From the NCBI GenBank assembly GCA_963674745.2, contig CAXXDV010000001.1:192001-256000 (forward strand): DNA of 64,000 nt, read 5' to 3'. The DNA comes from Desulfosudaceae bacterium (GTDB lineage Bacteria > Desulfobacterota > Desulfobacteria > Desulfobacterales > Desulfosudaceae). The notes below the pieces were generated by a model. The model made no database searches and was not told where the DNA came from. It was given only the letters and a program-made list of their open reading frames with translations. The translations under genes and the position numbers were made by a program. Below, in pieces: positions 1 to 10,719 of the stretch; positions within the stretch are counted from its first letter, which is position 1, and each line of letters begins with the position of its first letter.

Positions 1-965
1 TTATTCCTTAAGTCCTTATAATCCCCATTTTTAAAAAAAAACATCTCATCATCATCAAACACATCTTTGTTTTGTGGAATATCACTCGCTATCACTGGTA
101 TATTAAGAGATGCGACCTCCAATAACATATTTGACATCCCTTCAGAATAAGAAGGGAATACAAAAATTTTCGATTGATTGATCTTTTTGAAAAGCTCACG
201 TTTATTTTTTAAAAGCCCCGTAAAAATACAATTTAACCCCTTTGATAACATTAGAATTTCTTTTTTATAGGACTTGTCTTGTTCAAAATCACCAACAATT
301 AAAACTTTACCTTTAAAATTAAGCTCATTTAACGCCGAAAGAAGTAGATGCAAGCCTTTAAGGTAAAATATTCGGGCAGCAGAAAAGGCAATTTCATACT
401 CCTTTTCAAAATTATCTTGATTACAATTCAAATTATCATCCACTCCATTTGGAATAAATTTTACATTTGAGGGATTAAATTTTTCAATTCTCGGGACACT
501 ATTTTTCTCAACAGTTATTATTTGAGTAGCAAATATAAACCCGATTATTTGAAACAAGTCAAAAAGTCTTCTTTCATACCAAAACCATTTTTTATTGTGA
601 CCAGACCCATTGGGCAAACCATGAACGTTCAACACAACCGGATAACGAAGTCGAAGAAAAGGCACAACAAATCCAGCTGCACGATGATTAACATGAATCA
701 AATCATAATGACCTTTAACCAAAGCATGGATCAACGATTTGATATAATATATGAGGACTGAAATTTTAGTATTATTATACGATTTGAAAATTATTTGTTT
801 GATCCCTAAATATTTTTCATCTTTTGCATGAGAATCAATCGCGTAAATAGTTACATCAAATTGATCAACTAGTCTCATAAAAACCGCTTCATTCGTGCGG
901 GCAGCCCCTCCCCAAGCTGGGAGGCCCTTCGCCCCGATTACCCCTATCTTGGGTTTTATTTTCAT
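1..965 (-). CDS. Glycosyltransferase family 4, runs off the left edge (3' end missing)
   Basis: Not in the ORF track. Read by hand from ATG at 965: MKIKPKIGVIGAKGLPAWGGAA...; later FVFPSYSEGMSNMLLEVASLNIPVIASDIP, the GT4 E-x7-E motif. Confidence 0.85.
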   Translation of the reverse strand, partial: MKIKPKIGVIGAKGLPAWGGAARTNEAVFMRLVDQFDVTIYAIDSHAKDEKYLGIKQIIFKSYNNTKISVLIYYIKSLIHALVKGHYDLIHVNHRAAGFVVPFLRLRYPVVLNVHGLPNGSGHNKKWFWYERRLFDLFQIIGFIFATQIITVEKNSVPRIEKFNPSNVKFIPNGVDDNLNCNQDNFEKEYEIAFSAARIFYLKGLHLLLSALNELNFKGKVLIVGDFEQDKSYKKEILMLSKGLNCIFTGLLKNKRELFKKINQSKIFVFPSYSEGMSNMLLEVASLNIPVIASDIPQNKDVFDDDEMFFFKNGDYKDLRN

Positions 966-975
966 TGAGTAGGTC

Positions 976-2058
976 CTAGGAGTTACTTTGATTTCTTTGG
1001 TAAATTGAATCTGTCATCCGCCATATTTTTTTCCAGTCAAAATTTTCAACCGAGTGTTTTCTGTTTATCCCCGACTTGGCAACAGCTGATTTCTGCAATA
1101 GCGACCTTAACTCATCAAGAAAGATGTTGTCACTTACTTCCTTAAAGCATTCATCTTCCGCTATACCCATTTGGCTATAATCAAAAGAGAAATCGTTGGG
1201 TGTTGATATTAGTATTCTACAATCCATTGCTAACGCCTCAAGAATTGAATTGTTGGCCGTGGCAAAGTCCATAGGCCTTATAAATAAGCAACAATTCATA
1301 TATAAAGATTTTAGCTCATCGTCCGAAATATTTTGCAGCACTCTTAAATTATCAAATCTACAGTTGAAGCCCTTTAGACCGACTACAATAAAATTTGTAT
1401 CACTATTATCTTCTATTGCCTCATATAGTAACTTCTTATTAACGCCGTGATTGCCAACGCAAAGAACGAAACTGCTCTGATAATGCTGCACGTTATACTT
1501 AAAATTGATCATATTGTCAGGTGACCAATATTCCGTGTTGACACCATGAGGCACAAATTCATATTTGGATGACCGCTCATTCTTTGGTATCAAGTTTCTT
1601 GCGACAACAAATACCTTCCGACTGTGCTTTATTACTCGCTTTTCGATACATATATATTTCAAATACAAGAAAACCAAATAAATGAGTTTGACATTTTTAA
1701 CTACAAATGGGGACACATGAATAGTTGAATAGAAATTCGGATGTGATTGAAAGAATCCACAGTCACTATAGAGCGCATGTACTATTTGAAATTGATTTTC
1801 GATTTTTTTTGCATACAAGGAAATGGCTAGTCGTTTTGAAAAAAGAAAATCTCTTCTCATCAGTGGTTTAACATAATGCACATTAACACCGTTTTCACAT
1901 GACACCTTATTTTCCCGACCCCAGGTTACAACAGTGCAATCGTAGGTATCCTGCGCAAAATAAACCAACGCTTGATATCCAGAATATTTCGAATGATGCG
2001 AGTTTTCTTTCCAGTGATGCGTTAAGAATAATATTTTTTTCATGTTCAACTCATTCAT
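976..2058 (-). CDS. Glycosyltransferase family 4
   Basis: VPHGVNTEYW and FATANNSILEALAM GT-B/GT4 motifs. Confidence 0.85.
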   Translation of the reverse strand: MNELNMKKILFLTHHWKENSHHSKYSGYQALVYFAQDTYDCTVVTWGRENKVSCENGVNVHYVKPLMRRDFLFSKRLAISLYAKKIENQFQIVHALYSDCGFFQSHPNFYSTIHVSPFVVKNVKLIYLVFLYLKYICIEKRVIKHSRKVFVVARNLIPKNERSSKYEFVPHGVNTEYWSPDNMINFKYNVQHYQSSFVLCVGNHGVNKKLLYEAIEDNSDTNFIVVGLKGFNCRFDNLRVLQNISDDELKSLYMNCCLFIRPMDFATANNSILEALAMDCRILISTPNDFSFDYSQMGIAEDECFKEVSDNIFLDELRSLLQKSAVAKSGINRKHSVENFDWKKIWRMTDSIYQRNQSNS

Positions 2059-2116
2059 TCAGGTTCTGCCCGATTTCAAAATCACCCCGGTGGATAACGT
2101 TCTTTTCACAACGTCT

Positions 2117-3376
2117 TCAGACCTGGGCATGATTCTTCTCTAATTGAGAAACAAACACCTTTCGCAAACTTTCACTCACATACTCGACTGTATGCCGCGA
2201 TAAAAATACCTGCCTGGCTTGTTGGTGATAATACGTTCTGAGCTCATTATCACAGCACAAATCCCCAATGGCCCTAGTCAGTTTCTCAACGCTGCATTCG
2301 GTTACAACATGCGCCCAATTATCTCTACGGGCGTATCGCGTCAAGGCGAAGTCTTCCGGTGCTAAAACTAAAATGGGAACGCCCGATGCCATATATTCCG
2401 AGGTTTTTGTCGGCATGGAATACTTGATATAATTCTTTTGAGAATCGTCAAATGACAACGGGAGCAGCAGGATGTCACTGTTAAGCAGTTCACCGAGAAT
2501 CTCTTTATTGTTCATGGGGTCGCATAATACGATTGAACCCATATGTTTTATCTTTTCATGTATATACACTTTTCTGATGTAACCAATAAATTTCAACTTC
2601 ACTAAAATCCCGCGGTCTTTTCTCAAGCGCTCCAATGCCAACGAAATTTTTTCAAAAATGTCATAATTATGCTCACCGATTGTACCCACAAAGGTAATGG
2701 TATGAAAACCGTTTGTTGTCTGTCTCTCTTTTATTTCGTAAAAATCCTCAGCGGGATTATGAAAAACATAAAAATGTTTTTCAAATTTTCCCTGATAGTA
2801 ATCCTTCATTTCCTGACTGATGGCCAAACAAATATCCGAATCATTTATCGCCTTTTTAAAATCTTTCGATAAAAAAGGCGCAAAAATATTTTTAAAATAC
2901 CCAGACCGGTTGTGTTCAACCCAATTATCAAAAATATGCGTGGCTATCGGTAAATTGACCTTTTTCTTTAACTCCAGCAAAAATGGTATATCGCGTGCCT
3001 CGAACAGGACAAAATAAATTAAGTCAAATGCATTTGATCGGATCCAGTCAGAAAATTGCTGATCCACGCATTTTCTATTAATGACATGTTTTAACTCTAA
3101 ATGTTTTTTTAACCCTATCGTCAATTTCTTTGTAAAATTATTTTTGCGGGCATTGATATCGACTATTTGCGTCTTTTCATTCTTTTGCGATTGATCGCTT
3201 GGTGCCCCTTTGCCAATTTGAAAATATGTATCGCAGGATTGAGTTCTTATAATCTCGGTATGCGCATTGCCCAGTTTTTCTTTAGGCCAAGTCCGAAATA
3301 AATTTTGTATCGTAATGCCACTTCCAAGAGAATCAAAGGAACAGTTCAATATCAAAACTTTGGGATACTTATCCAT
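2117..3376 (-). CDS. GT-B fold glycosyltransferase (GT4-like)
   Basis: YSMPTKTSEYMASGVPIL motif; glycan-locus context. Confidence 0.8.
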   Translation of the reverse strand: MDKYPKVLILNCSFDSLGSGITIQNLFRTWPKEKLGNAHTEIIRTQSCDTYFQIGKGAPSDQSQKNEKTQIVDINARKNNFTKKLTIGLKKHLELKHVINRKCVDQQFSDWIRSNAFDLIYFVLFEARDIPFLLELKKKVNLPIATHIFDNWVEHNRSGYFKNIFAPFLSKDFKKAINDSDICLAISQEMKDYYQGKFEKHFYVFHNPAEDFYEIKERQTTNGFHTITFVGTIGEHNYDIFEKISLALERLRKDRGILVKLKFIGYIRKVYIHEKIKHMGSIVLCDPMNNKEILGELLNSDILLLPLSFDDSQKNYIKYSMPTKTSEYMASGVPILVLAPEDFALTRYARRDNWAHVVTECSVEKLTRAIGDLCCDNELRTYYHQQARQVFLSRHTVEYVSESLRKVFVSQLEKNHAQV

Positions 3377-3398
3377 AACAGAATCAATTTGTCGATGT

Positions 3399-4256
3399 TT
3401 ACAACAACCGGTTTACTTTACGATGCATTTCCAACAAATTTTTAAAAATGAAATTTTCGACATGATAGTTTGGTAAATCTACATTATATTGCGAAATCTG
3501 TTTTTTGAAACCCTTGAGGCAATAATCATAAAGTTTAATATCGGCCTGGTTATATTTAATAATACACTCTTTCTCTTTGTCAGATATCAGGTGGTAATCA
3601 TTTTCTTTTTTTTGTATATTTTGATTCATTTTATAGTAATAATAGTTCCCATGACCGCCAAGTAATTTACTCAATAAGAATATTGTTTCGTCGAAAGCTT
3701 CCGTAATACCGACCATTAAAAAATTTTTTTTAATATTTTCAATTGCCATCTCATATAACAACTCTTGATCATCGCATTTTTTAATATCTTTCCCATACCC
3801 GAAGTTATCATTCACATAAACACCTGCGATTTGTTTTGCTGCCCCATTCCGAGCTTCCGGACTGACCCTTGTGACATATTCCTCAAGCGATATCGATTTG
3901 CTTTGCCGTTCTTTAAACAAATAATGATTTTTTTTCCAAGCAGAATATTTATAATGTGACACCACTCTTTGCACAGGGTCTCTTAGAACCGTAAAATATT
4001 TTGGATCATTGATATCAAACCAGTCATGAAAGCCATAGACGAAATGCCCTCGAATTAATCCAATGTTCCTCTTCCAGTGAATAGGCATTTTCTTTATTCG
4101 TTCCATGCATGTTTCTGGCGTTAACGTTGAATAATAATACTGTTTTGATCTTCTGAAATTTCTATCTAGAATATGATTCAGCGTTGTCCCACCCGCTTTG
4201 GGAACGTGCAAATAGATCCAATTCTTCCGGTTGGTTGCTCTTGGTTCTTTTTTCAT
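3399..4256 (-). CDS. Sulfotransferase family protein (Sulfotransfer_2-like)
   Basis: YLHVPKAGGTT (5'-PSB loop) and LRDPVQRVVSHY (3'-PB) PAPS-binding motifs. Confidence 0.8.
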   Translation of the reverse strand: MKKEPRATNRKNWIYLHVPKAGGTTLNHILDRNFRRSKQYYYSTLTPETCMERIKKMPIHWKRNIGLIRGHFVYGFHDWFDINDPKYFTVLRDPVQRVVSHYKYSAWKKNHYLFKERQSKSISLEEYVTRVSPEARNGAAKQIAGVYVNDNFGYGKDIKKCDDQELLYEMAIENIKKNFLMVGITEAFDETIFLLSKLLGGHGNYYYYKMNQNIQKKENDYHLISDKEKECIIKYNQADIKLYDYCLKGFKKQISQYNVDLPNYHVENFIFKNLLEMHRKVNRLL

Positions 4257-4284
4257 TTCAATAAAACCGTCATCACCCGGCTAT

Positions 4285-4704
4285 TTATATGACCCAATAA
4301 TCTCCATCAAACCGATAATCATCTTTCGACGCATCTTGAATTTTACCGGAAGAAAATACGCCCAAAAGTGCGTCTTCCGTAAGCATGAAACTCGCATTGG
4401 CATACCCGGGAGGGATATGTAAGACAGACGGTTTTAAACTGGAAAGGACGAATTTTTGGATCGGCAGATCTCTTGATGGATGATCCCAATCGTCAGGCGC
4501 CACCGCATATAATACCCAGTTACCTTCTAAGGCAATGAACCATTTATGTTCCAGCCGATGACCGACCCATCCTCTCAAAACACCTTTCTTATGTGATGTG
4601 ATTGTGTAAAATCGGTTCACGCCAGTAAATCCAAAATCATTAACAAATGAAATAACGCCTCTTTCATCGACATGCAGCCCGCCCAAAATATGCTCTATTT
4701 CCAT
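4285..4704 (-). CDS. Cupin-fold nucleotide-sugar epimerase/isomerase (WxcM/RmlC-like)
   Basis: HVDERG, RGWVGH, LHIPPGYAN, DDYRF motifs; start moved to ATG 4704 to avoid overlap with fnlC. Confidence 0.7.
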   Translation of the reverse strand: MEIEHILGGLHVDERGVISFVNDFGFTGVNRFYTITSHKKGVLRGWVGHRLEHKWFIALEGNWVLYAVAPDDWDHPSRDLPIQKFVLSSLKPSVLHIPPGYANASFMLTEDALLGVFSSGKIQDASKDDYRFDGDYWVI

Positions 4705-4705
4705 C

Positions 4706-5845
4706 TTATTCTTTCCTGTGCCAGACATAACGATTGATATAATTCGTATAACTGAGAATAATCCGCAATACCTTATCTGACACATTAGGGGCTAAATAAT
4801 CAGCCACTGCATTTAACGACCTATTGTCTCCCCTAGGCTGTGTTTTCAGGATTTCAAGGCCCTGCAGCACTCTGCCCACTATCAGACCGGTCAGCATTAC
4901 TGATGCTTCCTCCATGGCTTCCGGCCGCTCATGGGCATTGCGAATATTTAATGCCGGAAAATTTAATATTGAGCTCTCCTCGCTGATCGTTCCGGAGTCG
5001 GACAGGGTTGCGCGGGCTTTGGTTTGCAAATGCACATAATCAAAAAATCCCAACGGCTTCATGAACTCCACCAGCCCATTAATTGTGCCGCCTACCTCAT
5101 CAATCCGCTTTCTTGTACGGGGGTGCGTAGAAACAATGATCCTTAATCCAAATTGACGGGTAATAACATTAAGGCAATCTACCAGGTTGCTAAACTGAGT
5201 TGGATCATCAACATTCTCTTCCCGGTGAGCGCTGACCAGAAAGAATTGATCTGGTTTCAGCCCCAACCGAGCAAGGACATCCGAATCGTCGATCCGGTCC
5301 CGGTAATAAGAGAGGACTTCAAACATGGGGCTGCCTGTCTTGATAATTCTATCTGGAGGAAAGCCTTCGCGCAAAAGGTATTCCCGGGCGATTGAACTGT
5401 AAGGCAAATTAACATCACTTATATGGTCGATGATTTTCCGATTGATCTCCTCGGGAACGCGCTGATCGAAACACCGATTTCCAGCCTCCATGTGAAACAC
5501 GGGGATTTTGCGACGTTTTGCCGGATAAGCGGCCAGGCAAGAATTGGTGTCTCCTAAAACCAGGACAGCATCCGGACACACCTCGGCCAAAACATCATCA
5601 ATTTTAGCGATGACTGCGCCGACGGTCTGACAAGCGGTATTATCTTGCCCTGCACTGTCCAGAAAATAGTCGGGCTTGCGGATTCCTAAATCGTCGAAAA
5701 AAACCTGGTTCAGCTCATAATCATAGTTCTGGCCCGTGTGGACGATAATGTGTTCAAGATGTTCATCCAGCCGGGCCATAACACGGGACAAACGGATAAT
5801 CTCGGGACGAGTGCCGATTACAGTGAGGACTTTAAGGGTATTCAT
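4706..5845 (-). CDS. fnlC: Non-hydrolysing UDP-sugar 2-epimerase (FnlC/WbjD/CapG), UDP-L-FucNAc pathway
   Basis: GTRPEIIRLS, HTGQNYD, HMEAGNRCFDQRVPEEINR; follows fnlA-fnlB. Confidence 0.88.
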   Translation of the reverse strand: MNTLKVLTVIGTRPEIIRLSRVMARLDEHLEHIIVHTGQNYDYELNQVFFDDLGIRKPDYFLDSAGQDNTACQTVGAVIAKIDDVLAEVCPDAVLVLGDTNSCLAAYPAKRRKIPVFHMEAGNRCFDQRVPEEINRKIIDHISDVNLPYSSIAREYLLREGFPPDRIIKTGSPMFEVLSYYRDRIDDSDVLARLGLKPDQFFLVSAHREENVDDPTQFSNLVDCLNVITRQFGLRIIVSTHPRTRKRIDEVGGTINGLVEFMKPLGFFDYVHLQTKARATLSDSGTISEESSILNFPALNIRNAHERPEAMEEASVMLTGLIVGRVLQGLEILKTQPRGDNRSLNAVADYLAPNVSDKVLRIILSYTNYINRYVWHRKE

Positions 5846-5909
5846 GAGTTGCCTTTCGTAATTTCACCACAATGAACAGGAAGGAAGCGCAAAAGGGAGA
5901 CGATCTCTT

Positions 5910-7055
5910 TTATACGTTTTCAAAATACGTATCTCCATCCTCAGGATCATAAAATTCGTTGATCCAGAACATGGTATATAAGTCCTCGTCCCCAATATTA
6001 GTGATATTATGGGTATACCAAATCGGCATGTCCACAAACGCCGGTTTGGCACCATCCAGGTCAAAAAAAAATGTGTCTGTGGTCCCGATTCTACGGATCT
6101 CTATCCTGGCCCGGCCCTTGATCACGGCAAAGCGTTCGAATTTCCGAGTATGAAAATGATTGCCCCGGGTAATTCCCGGCACAGTTGTTGAAAACGAAAC
6201 CTGCCCGCCGGCGTTGTCCAGTTTGAGGACCTCAACAAAACTACCGCGCTGATCCGAATGCGGCACAAGCTTTCCCGGATAAAAGGTCGAAAGGTCGATA
6301 TAGCAGACAAACGTATTAAACAGGTTCCGTTCGAAAGGGGTCGGAAGCCAAGGGATGATCTGCTTATCGAAATATGTATGTTTATAGCCCCGAAGTTTTT
6401 CCAGAAGATCTGAAACTTTGATCGTTGCCGTATGGGGAAGTTGGAGGACAGTTATCGGCGTCTGATCATCTGTATCGGTTGACGGGTGCCCGGCGATGCA
6501 TTGGACAATAACTTGAGCCAATTCGGCCACATACATGAGCCTGAGTTCACCGTCCAGATCGATTTCCGGTTGTTCGTCATGAGTCAACTGGTGACAGAAG
6601 GTGGCCACTACGGAATTGTAGTAGGGATGGCCGAACGGACCAAACACGTTGGGCATGACCAGTCCGGTAAACCGGGCCTGGTTTCGCTCTGCCCATTGCT
6701 CAAACAGTATGCGCCCCTGTTTTTTTGACTGGCCGTAGGGATTGTCCCGCTCTTCCTGAATGGAAGAGGCGAACAGCACATGGGGCCTTGACCCAGTTTT
6801 TTCCATGGCATGAATCAAACGCTGTACCAGATCCAGGTTGGTGTCATAAATGATCTGGGGGCTATTGTGCCGATTTAAAGCGGCCAAATGAACGATCACA
6901 TCACACTGGGAGACAAACTGCTCAAAAGCGGCGCGATTTTTGAAAAAATTCCGCTCGAAAGGCACTCGTTGAAAATTATCAGGTTTAAGGCCCAGCGTGT
7001 TGTACAAATGTGTACCGATAAATCCGTCTTGCCCGGTGATTCCGATATTTAACAT
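5910..7055 (-). CDS. fnlB: SDR plus C-terminal cupin reductase (FnlB/WbjC/CapF)
   Basis: GITGQDGFIG, NVFGPFGHPYYNSVVATFC, RGNHFHTRKFE cupin. Confidence 0.88.
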   Translation of the reverse strand: MLNIGITGQDGFIGTHLYNTLGLKPDNFQRVPFERNFFKNRAAFEQFVSQCDVIVHLAALNRHNSPQIIYDTNLDLVQRLIHAMEKTGSRPHVLFASSIQEERDNPYGQSKKQGRILFEQWAERNQARFTGLVMPNVFGPFGHPYYNSVVATFCHQLTHDEQPEIDLDGELRLMYVAELAQVIVQCIAGHPSTDTDDQTPITVLQLPHTATIKVSDLLEKLRGYKHTYFDKQIIPWLPTPFERNLFNTFVCYIDLSTFYPGKLVPHSDQRGSFVEVLKLDNAGGQVSFSTTVPGITRGNHFHTRKFERFAVIKGRARIEIRRIGTTDTFFFDLDGAKPAFVDMPIWYTHNITNIGDEDLYTMFWINEFYDPEDGDTYFENV

Positions 7056-7079
7056 TTTCAGTTAACCTTTATCAGCTCA

Positions 7080-8117
7080 TCACGGCTCATAAACTGCGTC
7101 CAGTTCTTCACCCAGAACATCTCGCCGGATAAATCGCAGTTTCAACAACAATTCTTTTGTCTCATCCACATCCAACCGCCGGGTATTGTGCGAAGTATAT
7201 TTTTCCATCCGAGTAATCCGCTCATCCCCTTCTGTAAAATACTTCCCGTAATTAAGATCCCGCGTGTCCGCTGGTATGCGGTAATAATCACCCAGATCCT
7301 CAGCCTTGGCCATCTCCTCCCGGCTGACCAAAGATTCATAGACTTTTTCTCCGTGCCGGGTGCCGATGATCTGGATCGGATTATTCTCGCCATAAAGTTC
7401 CAGTAAGGCTCTAGCCAGGTCCGCGATGGTGACGGCTGGTGCTTTCTGAATGAAAATATCTCCCGGCTTGCCGTTTTCAAACGCGAACAGGACCAGTTCC
7501 ACCGCGTCTTCCAGAGTCATCATGAAGCGGGTCATGCCAGGGTCCGTTATGGTAAGGGCTTGACCGCTTTTGATCTGGCCCACGAATAAGGGGATCACGC
7601 TTCCCCGAGAGGCCATGACATTGCCGTAACGGGTTCCGCAGAGCATGGTGGAACCGCCATTCAAGTGCCGGGCTTTGGCGATCATCACCTTCTCCCCCAT
7701 GGCCTTTGACATGCCCATGGCATTGATTGGATAAACCGCCTTGTCCGTACTCAAACAAATCATTTTCTGCACACCGTTGTCCAGGGCCGCGCCAATAACG
7801 TTTTCCAATCCCATGACATTGGTCCGCACGGATTCCATGGGAAAAAATTCGCACGAAGGGACCTGCTTGAGCGCAGCGGCATGAAACACATAATCCACGC
7901 CTTCCATAGCATAGCCGACACTTCGCTGGCTGCGCACGTCTCCGATATAATACCTAATTCGGTCATTGCGGTAAAACTGCCGCATGTCATCCTGTTTCTT
8001 TTCATCCCGGGAAAAGATACGAATCTCGGAGAAGGTCTCGGCAGTCAAAAAGCGACGGAGGACAGCGTTACCGAAGGAACCGGTGCCGCCGGTAATGAGA
8101 AGGGTTTTGTTTGCCAT
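7080..8117 (-). CDS. fnlA: UDP-GlcNAc 4,6-dehydratase/5-epimerase (FnlA/WbjB/CapE)
   Basis: TGGTGSFG, HAAALKQVPSCEFFP, LSTDKAVYPINAMG, TRYGNVMASRGSV. Confidence 0.92.
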   Translation of the reverse strand: MANKTLLITGGTGSFGNAVLRRFLTAETFSEIRIFSRDEKKQDDMRQFYRNDRIRYYIGDVRSQRSVGYAMEGVDYVFHAAALKQVPSCEFFPMESVRTNVMGLENVIGAALDNGVQKMICLSTDKAVYPINAMGMSKAMGEKVMIAKARHLNGGSTMLCGTRYGNVMASRGSVIPLFVGQIKSGQALTITDPGMTRFMMTLEDAVELVLFAFENGKPGDIFIQKAPAVTIADLARALLELYGENNPIQIIGTRHGEKVYESLVSREEMAKAEDLGDYYRIPADTRDLNYGKYFTEGDERITRMEKYTSHNTRRLDVDETKELLLKLRFIRRDVLGEELDAVYEP

Positions 8118-8174
8118 AATTATTTGCCTTGATTCTAACTCTTTCGATTTGCCTTTAGTTTGATATAAAAGAAT

Positions 8175-9443
8175 TCACCGGTTATTTCTATCAAGCAAAG
8201 GTTGAAAATACAATCCTGGTATAATAACTAACAGCATTAAAAAGGGTTCTCGGCCGGCGATGTTTTTCATTAGCCCCAATAAGACAAAGGCGCCGACACA
8301 AAGAAGATAATAAAATTTAGATTGAGTATCAAACACAAAAGCAACCGCCTTAACTATTTGAAACAAAACGAATACAAAAAACAAAAAACCAGGGACCCCC
8401 CAGAGAGCCAACCGATACATCCAATACAAATGAGTCCATGCCCCCCTAGGATATGAAATAAACCGTCTACTATCAGAAGCCGCGCCCAATAACGGAGAAA
8501 TTTTTAACTCTTCAAAAAGGAAAGGGTAACGCCCCATCCTGCCACCTGCACCGGTAGTCCAATCCAATTGAAAATCCTGAACAAATTGAGCCGCATCTGT
8601 TAGTTTGTTATACATAATTGAATTTTTGTCAAAATGTGAACTTAATCCCAAAAGCATATCAACATAGGAATGAGTTGGAATTATTAAAAAAATAATGGTG
8701 ATCGCGACTACTATCACGATAGATTTTCTAAAGCTTCTGGCGCCAGCAAGTGAAAATATCGTGATAACAAACGCTACAAGGACGTTTGCAAATACTTTTG
8801 AACGGACCAAAGTTACAAGTATTAAAACAAGTACTAAGATCAATCCCTTTCTATGAAAAATCATTTTTTTACCTGACTTTATATAATAAACCAGAACAGG
8901 AATTAAGCAGCACAACGCCTGTGCATAACCGTAACTAGCTGCACCCGTAATGTTGAAAAGCCAGGCCTGAAAATGAGTATAATTTCCTGGAGATGCAGAT
9001 TGACGAACAGTCATAGGATCAAAAAAAAGGGCTATATTGGTCATAATAATTGTTATTAGTACAAAATAAAAACCTAGTTTACCAACACTCGCAAGCCCCT
9101 TGTAATCCTTTCGACGATAATAATAAAACAAAATAACGGCAAAAATAAAAATAGAATAAAATTCATCTAAAGCTTTTATACGATGCCAAGCCGGCATATC
9201 TTTCCACAAGGTATACTGTAATATACCAAGGGATAAGGTTGCATATAACATTAAATATAATACGGCTTTTTCTTTAAATACTGATGAGCACGACAATAAA
9301 ATTGAAAGCAGGGCAGCCGGCCCCCAAAAGTAACGGAAACTGCCCACTACCGGAGGCAGATTATTCGCGACCACATACAAAGAAGTCATTAAAACCGTAA
9401 TTTTGAGAACGAATGGGACAGAAATTTTTGTTGGCAAATACAT
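8175..9443 (-). CDS. Polytopic membrane protein, probable Wzy polymerase or O-antigen ligase-like
   Basis: Roughly 10 hydrophobic segments with one large loop; located near wzx and GTs. Confidence 0.6.
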   Translation of the reverse strand: MYLPTKISVPFVLKITVLMTSLYVVANNLPPVVGSFRYFWGPAALLSILLSCSSVFKEKAVLYLMLYATLSLGILQYTLWKDMPAWHRIKALDEFYSIFIFAVILFYYYRRKDYKGLASVGKLGFYFVLITIIMTNIALFFDPMTVRQSASPGNYTHFQAWLFNITGAASYGYAQALCCLIPVLVYYIKSGKKMIFHRKGLILVLVLILVTLVRSKVFANVLVAFVITIFSLAGARSFRKSIVIVVAITIIFLIIPTHSYVDMLLGLSSHFDKNSIMYNKLTDAAQFVQDFQLDWTTGAGGRMGRYPFLFEELKISPLLGAASDSRRFISYPRGAWTHLYWMYRLALWGVPGFLFFVFVLFQIVKAVAFVFDTQSKFYYLLCVGAFVLLGLMKNIAGREPFLMLLVIIPGLYFQPLLDRNNR

Positions 9444-9456
9444 TACTAATTAATGA

Positions 9457-10719
9457 CTATTTCTTGCGGGATAAATTTATAATATCAGAATATATTTTCA
9501 AAAGTTTGTTTGCATTTTCTGCCTTATCATGTCTCTTCAAAGCACGCCGTCGTGCATTTTGGCCCATTTCTATAGCCTTGGTGAAATTTTCTTTCAATTC
9601 TAAAACAGCACCTGCCATGGCCCAGGGATCTCCATTTTGTATAAGAATACCCTCTTGGCCATCCGTTAAAAGAGAACCGGTACCGCCGACAAAAGTTGCA
9701 ATACAGGGCATGCCAAGTATCATTGCTTCACAAAGATTGTTAGGGCTGTTCTCAATATGTGAGGTCATCACGTAAATATCCGCTTCCAACATTTTTAGAA
9801 TCAAGGCATCTTCAGTTAAAGGGCCAAGATACACCAAATTTTTATTCGGAAATTTACTTTTTAGTTTTTTCTTTACCACTTTAACAATCAAATCATTTTC
9901 TCTGATACCAGCGACTCTCCATTCGCAGTCAATGCCAAATTTGTTCAATTCATTTAGAGATAGACAAAGGGTTTCAAACCCTTTGTGAAAGAGATTGCCA
10001 TTCGTCGTGTGCAGGATCAACTTTTTCTTATTCTTATGTACCCATTTCGTATGATAAAAACCATCTCGCAAAATTCTATCATTATGGAAATAGCCCCTTT
10101 TGGGTGCCATTAAGCGGCTAATTCGCCTATCCCAATCAGTACGGCCTATACAATACTTACAATTTTTCCAGTTTCTTTCTTCCAGCAACTGCATTTTGAT
10201 AAACATACTTCGTTTTTTTTGAAAAGAATGCGGGAAAAGCAACGTTTTGGGATTAGAAACGCGAATTCTTTTTAATCTTAGATAATTGCTCTCAATTCCG
10301 CTACAGAATTTATGAAGGCAAACAGTTACATTGCCCTGAATGGTTAGTGCAATAGGGATTTCTGTTTTACCAAGTATGCATCCAAATGGATTTTCTGTCC
10401 CATGTATATCAATAATGTCCGGTTGAATTTTATTTATGATGTTCAAATAAATATCTATATGCTTGGTATCAATAATCTCGTTGAACAAAAGCGTCTTAAT
10501 TTCTTCAAATAAATGCTTATATTTCCTAATGGGATGATACGTTGTTTTTCCATGTCGGAAACTACCAATGTTTTCATTATGATAAAATGCGACATGAAGT
10601 TCAACTTTCTCTTGAATTGCTTTATCCAGCGCTTTGAGCCATCCTCCCGTACCCGACAGTTGATTGTTGAAATATTCGTCACTATTTGCCGAAGTATTTG
10701 AAAACCATAGAACTTTCAT
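9457..10719 (-). CDS. Glycosyltransferase family 4
   Basis: SHIENSPNNLCEAMILGMPCIATFVGG. Confidence 0.88.
   Translation of the reverse strand: MKVLWFSNTSANSDEYFNNQLSGTGGWLKALDKAIQEKVELHVAFYHNENIGSFRHGKTTYHPIRKYKHLFEEIKTLLFNEIIDTKHIDIYLNIINKIQPDIIDIHGTENPFGCILGKTEIPIALTIQGNVTVCLHKFCSGIESNYLRLKRIRVSNPKTLLFPHSFQKKRSMFIKMQLLEERNWKNCKYCIGRTDWDRRISRLMAPKRGYFHNDRILRDGFYHTKWVHKNKKKLILHTTNGNLFHKGFETLCLSLNELNKFGIDCEWRVAGIRENDLIVKVVKKKLKSKFPNKNLVYLGPLTEDALILKMLEADIYVMTSHIENSPNNLCEAMILGMPCIATFVGGTGSLLTDGQEGILIQNGDPWAMAGAVLELKENFTKAIEMGQNARRRALKRHDKAENANKLLKIYSDIINLSRKK

Noticed and set aside
4706..5845. neuC supplying ManNAc to NeuB
   Set aside because: Sequence and position after fnlA-fnlB fit the non-hydrolysing FnlC/WbjD type
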